DNA of 64,000 nt from contig JBGANV010000010.1 of NCBI GenBank assembly GCA_044222185.1, positions 1-64,000 of the forward strand. Direction: 5' to 3'. How positions within the stretch are numbered: the first letter of the stretch is position 1; each line of letters starts with the position of its first letter. Of the stretch, positions 18,244 through 27,558 are shown piece by piece. The notes beneath the pieces were generated by a model that was not told where the DNA came from, made no database searches, and saw only the letters and a program-made list of their open reading frames with translations. The position numbers and the translations under genes were made by a program. Origin of the DNA: Planctomycetota bacterium. GTDB lineage: Bacteria > Planctomycetota > GCA-002687715 > CAIWVZ01.

Positions 18244-20574
18244 TCATCGGCGGCCCCGATGGAATGGCGGCCAGGGCATGGGGCTCGGGCGCGCGGCATC
18301 GGATAGGCCTCGGAACGGCTCGCCGACGAGCGCAGCCCATCGTTCGCGTTGCTGCGGCGTGAGGACGTCGATCACGCGGGCGATCGCCGCCGCGCTCGAA
18401 GCCATCGACGCCGTCTTGGCGCGGTCCATCATGCGGCGGAGCGCGCTGCCATCACCGGCCCACGCCCTCTCGATGTCCCGACCGATCTCGGGGTCTGCAG
18501 GGCGCGAGTCCGCTTCGTTCGACAGGCCCCGGCGTTGCTGGAACTGGGCGAACAGGCGCGACGCCGCGCGTTCGTCGCCGCTGAAGGCGCGCTCGATCTC
18601 GTCTCGCGTCGCCGGGTCGTTCATGGCCGCACGAAACCTGCCCATGTCAGCTGCGTCGGGACGTCGCATCCCGCCGAACATGGGGCCGCCGCCAGGCGGT
18701 CCGAACCACGGCGACGCCGTGGCGTCGCGTTCGATCTTGTGGATCCGTTCCCGCTGGTCGCCGCTGAGCTCGAGACGATCCAGGACCACCGTCTCGTGGA
18801 AGGCGGCCACACCCTGCACCTGGAGTGCGATCTGCCGGAGGCGCGCCATCTGATCGGATTGGAGGATCCCGGCGAGCGACGATTCGTTCGTCCGCGCGGC
18901 CTCGAGCTGGCCGAGCTGCGCCACCTGGTCCGCGGCGACCCGGAGGTCCTCCTGCACGTTCGGGTCACGAACGAGGTAGGACAGCCGTGCGCCGTGGAAC
19001 GCGGAGAGATGATCGAGGATGGCGCGCACGCGGGCTTCTCCGGCATTCAGCGCGGCCGTCTGCTCCGCGTTCCCGCGCTGTTCCTCCAGGAAGCTCTTGT
19101 AGTAGTCGAGGGCGGTCTCGAGCAATCGCTGGCGCGTGCCTTGGAAGATCGGATTCTCGCCCAACTCTTCCTCGCACACGGTCACCAGGACGTCGACGGC
19201 CTCTCGTGCCTGGGTGAATCGACGTTCCGCTTCCTCGGCGCGACGGGCCGTCTTGGCCTGCTCCTCCGCGATCATCCGATTGCTTACCCACAAGCCGGCG
19301 GTGGCCAGGGCGAGCACGGCCACCGTCGCAACGACGACCGACGGGTGACGCCGGGCCCACTTCATGGCGCGCTCGACGACGGTGGGACGGCGGGCGTGAA
19401 TCGTCTTCCCGTCGAGGTGGCGTTGCAGATCCTCGGCGAACGCGCGCGCCGACGGATACCGCTCGCCGGGCGCCTTGCCGATCGCCTTCAAGATGATCGT
19501 CTCGAGGTCGACCGGCACCGACCTCTCGACGCTGCGCGGCGCGCGCGGCGTCTGGTGCATGATCTGGTGGAGCAGTTCCTGCCGGTTGCGCCCAGGCAGC
19601 ATCGGCTCGAGCGTCACGAGCTCGTAGAGCGTCGCACCCAGCGAGTAGACGTCGGCGCGCGGATCGACGAGCGCCCGCTTGCCCGCCGCCTGCTCGGGGC
19701 TCATGTATCGAAGCGTGCCGACGAGGTCGCCCGTCTGCGTCAGCCCGGCGTCGTCGTGGAACTGCGCGAGCCCGAAATCGGTGATCCACACGCGCTCCCG
19801 AACGTCCACGAGGAGGTTCGCCGGCTTGATGTCGCGATGGACGATCCCGGCCTCGTGCGCGTGTTCCAGCCCCTCGGCTGCTTGAACGATGCAGCGAACG
19901 GCGAAGCGGAGCGACGCGCGATCGCGCTCGGGGTTCGCGCTCGTGGACGGCTTCGTACCGGTGATCCGGGCCTGGCGCTCTCGGCGACGCCCCTCCACCC
20001 AGACCGTGAGAGGCTGGCCGTCGATGAGCTGCATCGCGTAGAAGTGGACGCCCCGCTCGCAGCCGACCGCATGGACCGGGACGATGTTCGTGTGGTGCAG
20101 TTGAGCGGCGGCTTGGGCCTCGTTGCGGAAGCGTTGCAGGTGGCGCCCGTCGAATGCCGCCGCGAAGGGAAGCACCTTCAGCGCCACGCGGCGTTCGAGG
20201 GAGATCTGGACCGCCTCGTAGACGATTCCCATGCCGCCGCGTCCCAGCTCCCGGATGACGCGGAAGTCCCCCAGTGGATTCGCGGGCAACCCCTCGATCG
20301 CAGCGGGCCTTTCAGTCGGCGTCGTCACGGGGGCGACGGGAGGTGCCGCGGCATGAACCAGCTCCAGTCCGTCGAGGCACCGCGACAACGGCCCGGCGAG
20401 GTCCGAGTATCGCGTGAGGAAGTCTCCGCGCCTCGGCGCGCCGCCGCGTTCGAGCTCCGCCAGGTACTCGTTGACGGCCTGCATGAGCCGAGGGTCGTCG
20501 GGGAGGCGCTCGGTCGCGTCCTGCGGATCTTCGCCAGGCGCGGACTTTCCGTCGTTTCCTCCGGGCGCGATCAC
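18244..20574 (-). CDS. Hanks-type Ser/Thr protein kinase with a TM helix and a C-terminal LTxxQ-like helical region
   Basis: ELGRGGMGIVY, VALKVL, HRDIKPANLL, DFGLA, GTLRYMSPEQ, DVYSLG; GTG start overlaps the sigma stop. Confidence 0.95.
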   Translation of the reverse strand: MIAPGGNDGKSAPGEDPQDATERLPDDPRLMQAVNEYLAELERGGAPRRGDFLTRYSDLAGPLSRCLDGLELVHAAAPPVAPVTTPTERPAAIEGLPANPLGDFRVIRELGRGGMGIVYEAVQISLERRVALKVLPFAAAFDGRHLQRFRNEAQAAAQLHHTNIVPVHAVGCERGVHFYAMQLIDGQPLTVWVEGRRRERQARITGTKPSTSANPERDRASLRFAVRCIVQAAEGLEHAHEAGIVHRDIKPANLLVDVRERVWITDFGLAQFHDDAGLTQTGDLVGTLRYMSPEQAAGKRALVDPRADVYSLGATLYELVTLEPMLPGRNRQELLHQIMHQTPRAPRSVERSVPVDLETIILKAIGKAPGERYPSARAFAEDLQRHLDGKTIHARRPTVVERAMKWARRHPSVVVATVAVLALATAGLWVSNRMIAEEQAKTARRAEEAERRFTQAREAVDVLVTVCEEELGENPIFQGTRQRLLETALDYYKSFLEEQRGNAEQTAALNAGEARVRAILDHLSAFHGARLSYLVRDPNVQEDLRVAADQVAQLGQLEAARTNESSLAGILQSDQMARLRQIALQVQGVAAFHETVVLDRLELSGDQRERIHKIERDATASPWFGPPGGGPMFGGMRRPDAADMGRFRAAMNDPATRDEIERAFSGDERAASRLFAQFQQRRGLSNEADSRPADPEIGRDIERAWAGDGSALRRMMDRAKTASMASSAAAIARVIDVLTPQQRERWAALVGEPFRGLSDAARPSPMPWPPFHRGRR

Positions 20575-21206
20575 GGTGCGTGCCTCTTCAGACTCTGCCG
20601 CAGCTGGTCCAGCGCGCGCAGCCACAGCTTTCCCACGCTGTCTTCCGTCCGGCCCATCGCCGTCGCGATCTCCGGGAACGACAGCCGCTCGAAATGACGG
20701 AGGGTCAGGACCTCGCGGTAGTGCTCGGGCAGTCGTGAGAGCGCATCAGCGACGATGACGGCATACTCCCGCATCGACGCTTCCTGGCTCGGCGACGCCA
20801 GCGCGCCGGCAAGTTCGCGCCCGACGGCGGCCGACTCCTCGACGCCGGCCTCGATCTGGCGTTCCAACCGAACGTCGCGTCCCTGGGTGCCGTAGTAGTG
20901 CCGCACCAGGTTCGCGATCTTGCCGGCCAGGATCCGCCGGAGCCACTGGACGAATTGACGTTCGTCCGCGCCGCGGAACTGACCGAAGTCGAGTTGGGCT
21001 TCGAGGAACGTCTCCTGCACGAGGTCCGACGGGTCGACCTTTCCTCGGAGGCCCGGGCCGATCTGCGCCCGCGCGAGGAGCCGCAGGTAGCTCCTGTAGA
21101 GCTCGAGGAGCGGTCCCAACGCGGCATCGAGCCCGCCGCGGATCTCTCGGATCAGATCTGCTGGATCGGCTGCGAACGATGCGTCAGACGGGCGGGCGCG
21201 GTTCAT
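20571..21206 (-). CDS. ECF sigma-70 factor, planctomycete kinase-associated type
   Basis: YRSYLRLLAR, KVDPSDLVQETFLEA, FVQWLRRIL, RDVRLE, SPSQ, LPEHYREVLTLRHFERLSFPEIA. Confidence 0.93.
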   Translation of the reverse strand: MNRARPSDASFAADPADLIREIRGGLDAALGPLLELYRSYLRLLARAQIGPGLRGKVDPSDLVQETFLEAQLDFGQFRGADERQFVQWLRRILAGKIANLVRHYYGTQGRDVRLERQIEAGVEESAAVGRELAGALASPSQEASMREYAVIVADALSRLPEHYREVLTLRHFERLSFPEIATAMGRTEDSVGKLWLRALDQLRQSLKRHAP

Positions 21207-21707
21207 GGGGGCGGCGGCAACAGGGTACGACGGCGAGCGGCCGACCGTGAGTGCGGCGGTGGCGGTTCGGGGTCGAATCTCGCGCAGACGGCGACTCCCT
21301 GCGATGGCTGGCGGTCGGGGTGGCGATGTGCATGGAGCGTGAACGACGAACCTCGGACGCTCGACCCAGGCCGCGGGGCATGGGTGACGGGCGTGCGTCC
21401 GTACAGTCACGCCCCAAGGCTCGATACCGCCGCTCGGTCGTGTGAATGTGAAACCGCACGGATCGTTGCGAGTTTCGAAATGAGATCGGATTTCGGGAAA
21501 ATCCGGCCAAAGACGAGCAAAAAAAGTCCGTTGATCCCCGCGGCGGTAATGAGGCATCCTCCGTGGCTGATGGGGTGCCGGACCCTTGCTGCGCCATCCA
21601 CGTGGGAGGGCGCCGTCGATCCCGGCCGGTCACTCCGAGTTCGTGGAACGGCGCGGTTCGCTGCGCACACCCAACGTTCACAGTCCCTTCGCGGAAGTTG
21701 CGGTTCG

Positions 21708-23087
21708 ATGTTTCGAAGCAATCCCTACGTGGCGTCCGCCATCGTCGCCGCGGGTGACCTCGTCGCCGTGCTCGTGGCATGGCTCGCCTCCAGGGCAGCG
21801 GCAGATGAGGGGATCTCGCCCATCGCCATCTGCATCGTGGCCCTCACGCACCAGATCGCGCTGTCCAGCGCGAGCCTGCACACCCAACTGCGCACGGTGA
21901 GCGCCGTCGACCTGTTCCGCCGGGTACTCGCCGCATGGTTCCGCGTCGTGCTTGCACTCGGCCTGCTTGGACTCGTTCGACCGGACTGGCTGCCGCGCGA
22001 GGCCGCCATCCGCTTCGCCGTCGTGTTCTTCGCCGCACTCGTCGTCGTTCGGTTCGGGACGATGATGCTGCGGCACGTCGTACGAAAGCGTGGACGCAAC
22101 CTGCGGTTCGTCGTGATCGCAGGTACGGGCCGGGCTGCTGCCGACATGGAGGCCTCGATTCTCGCAAACCCCGGGTGGGGCCTTCGCGTGGTCGGATTTC
22201 TCGGACCCGTTACGCCGCCCGTGGCGACCGTGATCCCCGCCAATCGACTCATCGGGACCTACGACGATCTGGAGAGGGTCGTGCGCGACCTCGTCGTCGA
22301 CGAGATCCTCGTAGCCGATCCGGACAGTCCCATGAGTGCCACGGCATCGCTCGTCGCCATGGCGCGGACGTTGGGACTGCGCACGCACCTCGTCGCCAAC
22401 TTCCTGCCGGGGAACTGGCGGGGCGTGGACGCGCGTCAGATCCTCGACAACATCGTCTTGAGCCTGACGCCCTACCCCCACGACGTCTTTGGACTTTCGG
22501 CCAAGCGCGCCGTCGACATCGTCGTTTCCGCGGTCGCTCTCGTCTTGCTCGCACCCGTGTTCGTCGTGGTCGCGATCGCCATCAAGCTGGAAAGCCGGGG
22601 CCCGATCTTCTTCTCGCAGCGCCGAGTGGGGCTGAACGGTCGACTGTTCATGTTCCCCAAGTTCCGATCCATGGTGCATGGCGCCGAGGCACGGATCCCC
22701 GAGCTGAACGCGCAGAACGAGATGGATGGGCCCGTATTCAAGATGCGCTCGGATCCGCGCGTGACGCGCGTCGGGCGGATCCTCCGTCGATTCAGCATCG
22801 ACGAGTTGCCCCAGTTCTGGAACGTGCTGAAAGGCGACATGAGCCTCGTGGGGCCCCGTCCGCTCCGGCCCCATGAAATCGCGGGGCACCTTGCGTGGCA
22901 GCGCCGAAGGTTGAGCATGAGGCCCGGCTTGACGTGCCTGTGGCAGGTTTCGGGCCGCAACCTCATCAACTTCGACAAATGGATGCACCTCGACCTCCAG
23001 TACATCGACACGTGGTCCCTCGGTCTCGATTTCAGGATCCTCGCACGCACGCTCCCGGCGGTCCTGTCGGGGCGCGGGGCATCGTGA
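21708..23087 (+). CDS. Polyprenyl-phosphate sugar-1-phosphate (priming) transferase, WcaJ/ExoY family
   Basis: KRAVDI, GPIFFSQRRVGLNG, KFRSM, DPRVTRVGRILRRFSIDELPQFWNVLKGDMSLVGPRP. Confidence 0.95.
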   Translation: MFRSNPYVASAIVAAGDLVAVLVAWLASRAAADEGISPIAICIVALTHQIALSSASLHTQLRTVSAVDLFRRVLAAWFRVVLALGLLGLVRPDWLPREAAIRFAVVFFAALVVVRFGTMMLRHVVRKRGRNLRFVVIAGTGRAAADMEASILANPGWGLRVVGFLGPVTPPVATVIPANRLIGTYDDLERVVRDLVVDEILVADPDSPMSATASLVAMARTLGLRTHLVANFLPGNWRGVDARQILDNIVLSLTPYPHDVFGLSAKRAVDIVVSAVALVLLAPVFVVVAIAIKLESRGPIFFSQRRVGLNGRLFMFPKFRSMVHGAEARIPELNAQNEMDGPVFKMRSDPRVTRVGRILRRFSIDELPQFWNVLKGDMSLVGPRPLRPHEIAGHLAWQRRRLSMRPGLTCLWQVSGRNLINFDKWMHLDLQYIDTWSLGLDFRILARTLPAVLSGRGAS

Positions 23088-23812
23088 CGCGGGCGCATCC
23101 GTCGTGGCGCGTCGCCGCCATCGCGGCGTTTGCGACGGTTCTGCTCTGTGGGTGCAACAGCTTCGAGAAGATCCCCGAGGGCGAGGCCCAGTCGTTCGAG
23201 ACGCGCGCCGCCGAGAGCCAGCCGACCGAGTACCGGATCCAACCCGGTGACGGCCTCGCGATCAAGTACGCCTATCAGCCCACGCGCAACCTGGACGTCA
23301 TCGTGCGGCTCGACGGACGGATCTCCATTCCGTTCGCGGAGGAAGTCCACGTGGCAGGGCGGACGATCGAAGAAGCGGACGCGTTACTCACGGAACGCGT
23401 TGGAAAGGTGCTGCGCGACCCCGACCTGACCGTCGTCCTGACGACGATGGCCAAGTCCCAGGTCTTCATCGGAGGTGAGGTGACCCGGCCCGGCGCCGTT
23501 CCACTCGCGCCAGGCATGACGGCCTACCAGGCCCTGCTCGCTGCTGGAGGCGTCGCGCCGACCGGGGACGAGAAGTCGGTCATCGTCATCCGCGCGGCGG
23601 GGCCGGGCAGGCGGACCGTGTGGCGACTCGACCTCGAAGGGCAGGGGCTCGTCACGCACGACGTCGTCCTCGGGCCCTACGACATCGTGTTCGTTCCACG
23701 CACGTTCGTCGCCGACGTCGGCGCATTCGTGAACTCGCACATCAACGCCATCATCCCGCGGGCGGCGAACTTCAGCGCGTTCTACAACCTCGCGGATCCG
23801 ACCAACCCCTGA
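23084..23812 (+). CDS. Polysaccharide export lipoprotein (Wza/OPX family)
   Basis: Lipobox LCGC; YRIQPGD, VRLDGRISIP, GEVTRPG (Poly_export plus SLBB). Confidence 0.9.
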   Translation: MTRAHPSWRVAAIAAFATVLLCGCNSFEKIPEGEAQSFETRAAESQPTEYRIQPGDGLAIKYAYQPTRNLDVIVRLDGRISIPFAEEVHVAGRTIEEADALLTERVGKVLRDPDLTVVLTTMAKSQVFIGGEVTRPGAVPLAPGMTAYQALLAAGGVAPTGDEKSVIVIRAAGPGRRTVWRLDLEGQGLVTHDVVLGPYDIVFVPRTFVADVGAFVNSHINAIIPRAANFSAFYNLADPTNP

Positions 23813-23814
23813 AC

Positions 23815-24945
23815 GTGGCGCCGCTACGCCTCGCGATCATCGGGGGTCGCGGAATCCCCGCGAACTACAGCGGTTTCGACACGCTCATCGAAGAGCTGTC
23901 GGTCCGCCTCGTCGCCGACCACGGCATGGACGTCACGGTGTATTGCCGAAGGCACTATTACGACGAGCGCCCCGCGACGTACCGCGGGGTTCGGTGCGTC
24001 TACTTGCGCGCTGTGCGCGGCAAGGGACTGGAGAGCATCTGGCACACGACCCGCTCCGTGCTTCACGCCTGCTTTCGCCGCTACGACGTCGTGTTCGTCG
24101 TGGATCCGGCCAATGCACCTTTCGTGCTGCCGTTGAAGCTCCTGCGATGCCCGATCGCGTTCCACACCGACGGCCTCGGTTGGATGCGCTCCAAGTGGAG
24201 CGGGATCTCGCGCCGGTACTACCGGTGGGTGGAGGGGTTCTGCGCGCGCGTCGCGACGGCGCTCGTCACGGACGCGAAAGCCATGCAGGAGTACTACCGC
24301 GTCACCTGGAAGGCCGAGAGTACGTTCCTCGCCTACGGGGCGGAGACGGGCGGCGGCGCCACGACGGACGGCTTGCAGCGCCTCGGGCTGCGCGAGCGCG
24401 ACTTCTATCTCGTCGTGGCGCGCCTCGAACCGGAGAACAACACGGAGCTCATCGTCCGGGAGTACGTGCGGTCGGGGTTGACGCGCCCGTTGATCGTCGT
24501 CGGCGGTGCGCGCTACGGATCGGATTGGTCGCGGCGGCTGTTCTCACATGCCAGCGACACCGTGAGGTTCGTGGGTGGGATCTACGACGCGCCGGTGCTG
24601 AACGGCTTGTACCGGGCGTGTCGCGCCTACCTCCACGGACACGAGGTCGGGGGAACCAATCCAGGGCTGCTCAGGGCCATGTGGTGGGGCGCCCCGTGCA
24701 TCGCCGTCGACTGCGGCTTCAATCGCGAGGTGATCGACGACGGCGGGGCTTTCTTCGCCAAGGAGGCTGGCGGACTCTCGCGCGTGCTCGCCGATCTCGA
24801 CCCGGACGCGAGGCGCCTGTCCGCGTTCGGTGAGCGGGCCGCGACCCGCGCGCGAACGGCCTACCGGTGGGACGACGTGGCCGCCGGCTACGCCGCGTTC
24901 TTTCGGCGGTTGGCGCGGAGGGGCGACGCGGAGCCGACGTCGTGA
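23815..24945 (+). CDS. GT4 glycosyltransferase (DUF1972, rhamnosyltransferase-like)
   Basis: IIGGRGIPANYSGFDT, VARLEPENN, HGHEVGGTNPGLLRAM. Confidence 0.9.
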   Translation: MAPLRLAIIGGRGIPANYSGFDTLIEELSVRLVADHGMDVTVYCRRHYYDERPATYRGVRCVYLRAVRGKGLESIWHTTRSVLHACFRRYDVVFVVDPANAPFVLPLKLLRCPIAFHTDGLGWMRSKWSGISRRYYRWVEGFCARVATALVTDAKAMQEYYRVTWKAESTFLAYGAETGGGATTDGLQRLGLRERDFYLVVARLEPENNTELIVREYVRSGLTRPLIVVGGARYGSDWSRRLFSHASDTVRFVGGIYDAPVLNGLYRACRAYLHGHEVGGTNPGLLRAMWWGAPCIAVDCGFNREVIDDGGAFFAKEAGGLSRVLADLDPDARRLSAFGERAATRARTAYRWDDVAAGYAAFFRRLARRGDAEPTS

Positions 24946-25682
24946 TCGGCGCCTGGATCACGGCCGTGAGACGCCGATTGGGCCTGCTCTTCCGGCGTGT
25001 GGTCGCATGGCCCCAGCCGGGGTTCGTCGACTTCGGGTCGTTCGGGCGCACGACGCCCGTCAGCTCGCGCTTCGGCCTCGACCGTGGGCGGCCGCTCGAC
25101 CGCTTCTACATCGAGGAATTCGTCTCGGCGCATGCGGCCCTCGTTCGCGGACGCGTGCTCGAGTTCGGCGACGACGCCTACACGCGACGTTTCGGCGGTT
25201 CCGCCGTCGCGAAATCGGACGTCATCCATCCCGCGGCCGGACATCCGGGTGCCACGATCGCGGGGGATCTGGTGTCGGGGCTCGGGATCCCCGACGGCGC
25301 GTTCGACTGCATCGTCTGCACGCAGGTCCTCCAGTTCGTGTTCGACCTGCCCTCGGCCGTTCGTTCGTTGCATCGCGCATTGGCACCCGGCGGCGTGCTC
25401 CTGGGGACGGTCCCCGTCGTGTCGATGGCGAGCCCGACGGACGCCGCCGAGTTCGGCGAGTTCTGGCGCATTACGTCGCAGGGCATGCGCCGTCTGCTGG
25501 AGGCCGATTTCGAACCCGCGTCGATCGACGTCCGCGCGTTCGGCAACGTCCTTTCAGCCGTCGGGTTCCTGCACGGTCTTGCCGCCGAGGAGATCCCGAA
25601 GGACTGCCTGCAACGGTCGGATCCCACCCACGAAGTGCTCGTTGCGTTCGTGGCGCGAAAGGCCACGGCGCAACCGCTCTGA
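24942..25682 (+). CDS. SAM-dependent methyltransferase, glycan-associated
   Basis: FGLDRGRPLDRFYIEEF, FDCIVCTQVLQ, LAPGGVLL. Confidence 0.85.
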   Translation: MIGAWITAVRRRLGLLFRRVVAWPQPGFVDFGSFGRTTPVSSRFGLDRGRPLDRFYIEEFVSAHAALVRGRVLEFGDDAYTRRFGGSAVAKSDVIHPAAGHPGATIAGDLVSGLGIPDGAFDCIVCTQVLQFVFDLPSAVRSLHRALAPGGVLLGTVPVVSMASPTDAAEFGEFWRITSQGMRRLLEADFEPASIDVRAFGNVLSAVGFLHGLAAEEIPKDCLQRSDPTHEVLVAFVARKATAQPL

Positions 25683-25683
25683 A

Positions 25684-26598
25684 TCAACGCCGCCGGAACA
25701 CACCGAGCGCCGTGGGCACTGGCCTCTGGACGCCCTTCCCGAGCGGGTCGTTCACGACCTTTCCGTGCACGACGAGCGTGGACGATCCGCCGCCGTCCAT
25801 GTTCATCGCATCGCGAGCGCCCAGGGTGGCCATCAGGCCCGCGAGTTCGACCAGCGTCATGCCGACGCTTTCGGGGCAACGGCCGTCGAGCACGACGAGG
25901 ACGATGCGATCGTCCGCAGTGAGTCCCACGGCCGTACGCGGGTGTCGGACGTCCTCGGATTCGAACATCCTCTCGGGCTGGCGCGTGATCGTCGGGACGC
26001 CATCGCGCAGAAGCCTTGGCCCGGCACCGATCGCGGCGCGAACGCGGCCGAGTTTCGTGGCGCGTTCCGGCGGCGACGTGCGTGTCTCCGTCTCGACTCC
26101 AGGAAGTGGCGTCGTCAGGGACCACGTGTCGTCACCCACGCGCGTGATCCAATCGATCCGAGGCTTCTCGTCGTCGCCCCACCAGAGCGCCGATCGGGAT
26201 ACCCGGAACCACGACGACTTCCGCTGAACGGAGAGCACGGGCGGGAAGACCTCTCGGCCATCGATGACGATCCAGCCCAGGACGGGGCACGGACGCACGT
26301 CCATGTTGAAGAACGACGTGTTGATGGCGAGCAGGGCCTTCTGCGACGTCGCCATCGCCGAGAGCGGCTCCTTGCCGTCTCGGTGCGTCGAGTGCATGGG
26401 CCGGAGCTCGTACTCGGGCCGATGAAGGGGGACGAACGCGGCGAACGCGCGCACCGGGCCGGGCAGCGTCGCGCGGCGGACCTCCATGCCTTCCGGCAGA
26501 TCCAGGTCGAGGCGGGTCCAGGCGGGGCGTGAGTCCTGGGCTCGCCCCGGACCGCATGCGATCGCGAGGATGACGCAGATCAGGGCGGCGCGGTTCAT
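25684..26598 (-). CDS. Secreted phosphodiester glycosidase (NAGPA family)
   Basis: AINTSFF, GAGPRLL, RHPRTAVG, VLDGR, AMNMDGGGSS. Confidence 0.9.
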   Translation of the reverse strand: MNRAALICVILAIACGPGRAQDSRPAWTRLDLDLPEGMEVRRATLPGPVRAFAAFVPLHRPEYELRPMHSTHRDGKEPLSAMATSQKALLAINTSFFNMDVRPCPVLGWIVIDGREVFPPVLSVQRKSSWFRVSRSALWWGDDEKPRIDWITRVGDDTWSLTTPLPGVETETRTSPPERATKLGRVRAAIGAGPRLLRDGVPTITRQPERMFESEDVRHPRTAVGLTADDRIVLVVLDGRCPESVGMTLVELAGLMATLGARDAMNMDGGGSSTLVVHGKVVNDPLGKGVQRPVPTALGVFRRR

Positions 26599-26672
26599 GG
26601 CTCCGATCGTACGCGACGGCGGAACTGGCCAGGCGCCCTTGGAGCAAGCGTCGGCTGGCGGGATCATCGCGC

Positions 26673-27305
26673 GTGGCCGACGACCTCATGCTCCCCGAGA
26701 ACCGCGAGTGCGGAATCCGTCACCGTTTCGTGGTCAAGACGCGCGACCTCACGCCCAACCTCTACCCCGAGGAGATGGCGCGGTTGATCCACTGGTGCGG
26801 CGTGTTCGACGCGGAAGGCATGGCGCCCGTCGAGGGCGGAGCCAGCGCCGGAAATCTCAGTTTCCGCACGCCCACCGGCTACGTGATCACTCCGACCCGC
26901 TCGCGGCTGAAGGTGGGACTGACCTGGTCCGACTTCGTGGAGGTCGTTCGCGAGAACTGGATCGACTACGAGGTCCACGTCCTCGGCGATCGGGCTCCGT
27001 CATCCGATTCCTTCCTGCACGGGCGCATCTACGCCCGCCGGCCGGATGCCCTGGCGGTGTTCCACGGGCACGACGCCCTCGTCCTGCGACACGCCGGCGC
27101 AATTGCGCGCCGTTTCGACATCGCGATCACGGACGAGGCGATGGCGTTCGGCACGAAGCGGGATGCGGAGGAAACGGCGCGCGCCCTGCGCGACAAGGAC
27201 TACATCATCCGCGCTGGCCACGGGTTCGTCGCCGTGGGCCGGACGCTCGATCGGGCCGGCGAGCTGGCCGTTGCCGTCCATCGCTTCGCAGCGACGTGCG
27301 GCTGA
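26673..27305 (+). CDS. Class II aldolase/adducin family protein
   Basis: GNLSFR, ITPT, PSSDSFLHGRIY, AVFHGH, GHGFVAVG. Confidence 0.85.
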   Translation: MADDLMLPENRECGIRHRFVVKTRDLTPNLYPEEMARLIHWCGVFDAEGMAPVEGGASAGNLSFRTPTGYVITPTRSRLKVGLTWSDFVEVVRENWIDYEVHVLGDRAPSSDSFLHGRIYARRPDALAVFHGHDALVLRHAGAIARRFDIAITDEAMAFGTKRDAEETARALRDKDYIIRAGHGFVAVGRTLDRAGELAVAVHRFAATCG

Positions 27306-27558
27306 CTCGCCGCCGTCGCGCTTGCGGCGGGCCGATCAAACCGTCATGGAGCGTCGGGGATTCGTCGACTCCGGCTCCATCGTCGAGGACCGCACGGGAT
27401 CGGAATCATGACCGAGGGCTCGGAGCCTCCGTTCTCCGCGTTTATCCTGGGCCCCTCGCTCGCCCGGCGTTCCACCGCTGCGCGACGGGCGTCGCCATTC
27501 CGCGCGACGACACGCGCCAGATTGGTGCGCGACGCGAATCCCTGCCCTCGGAGTCACC

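Noticed and set aside
21452-21470. sigma54 promoter CCGCACGGATCGTTGCG upstream of the priming transferase
   Set aside because: It lacks the invariant -24 GG and the spacing is one base too long.
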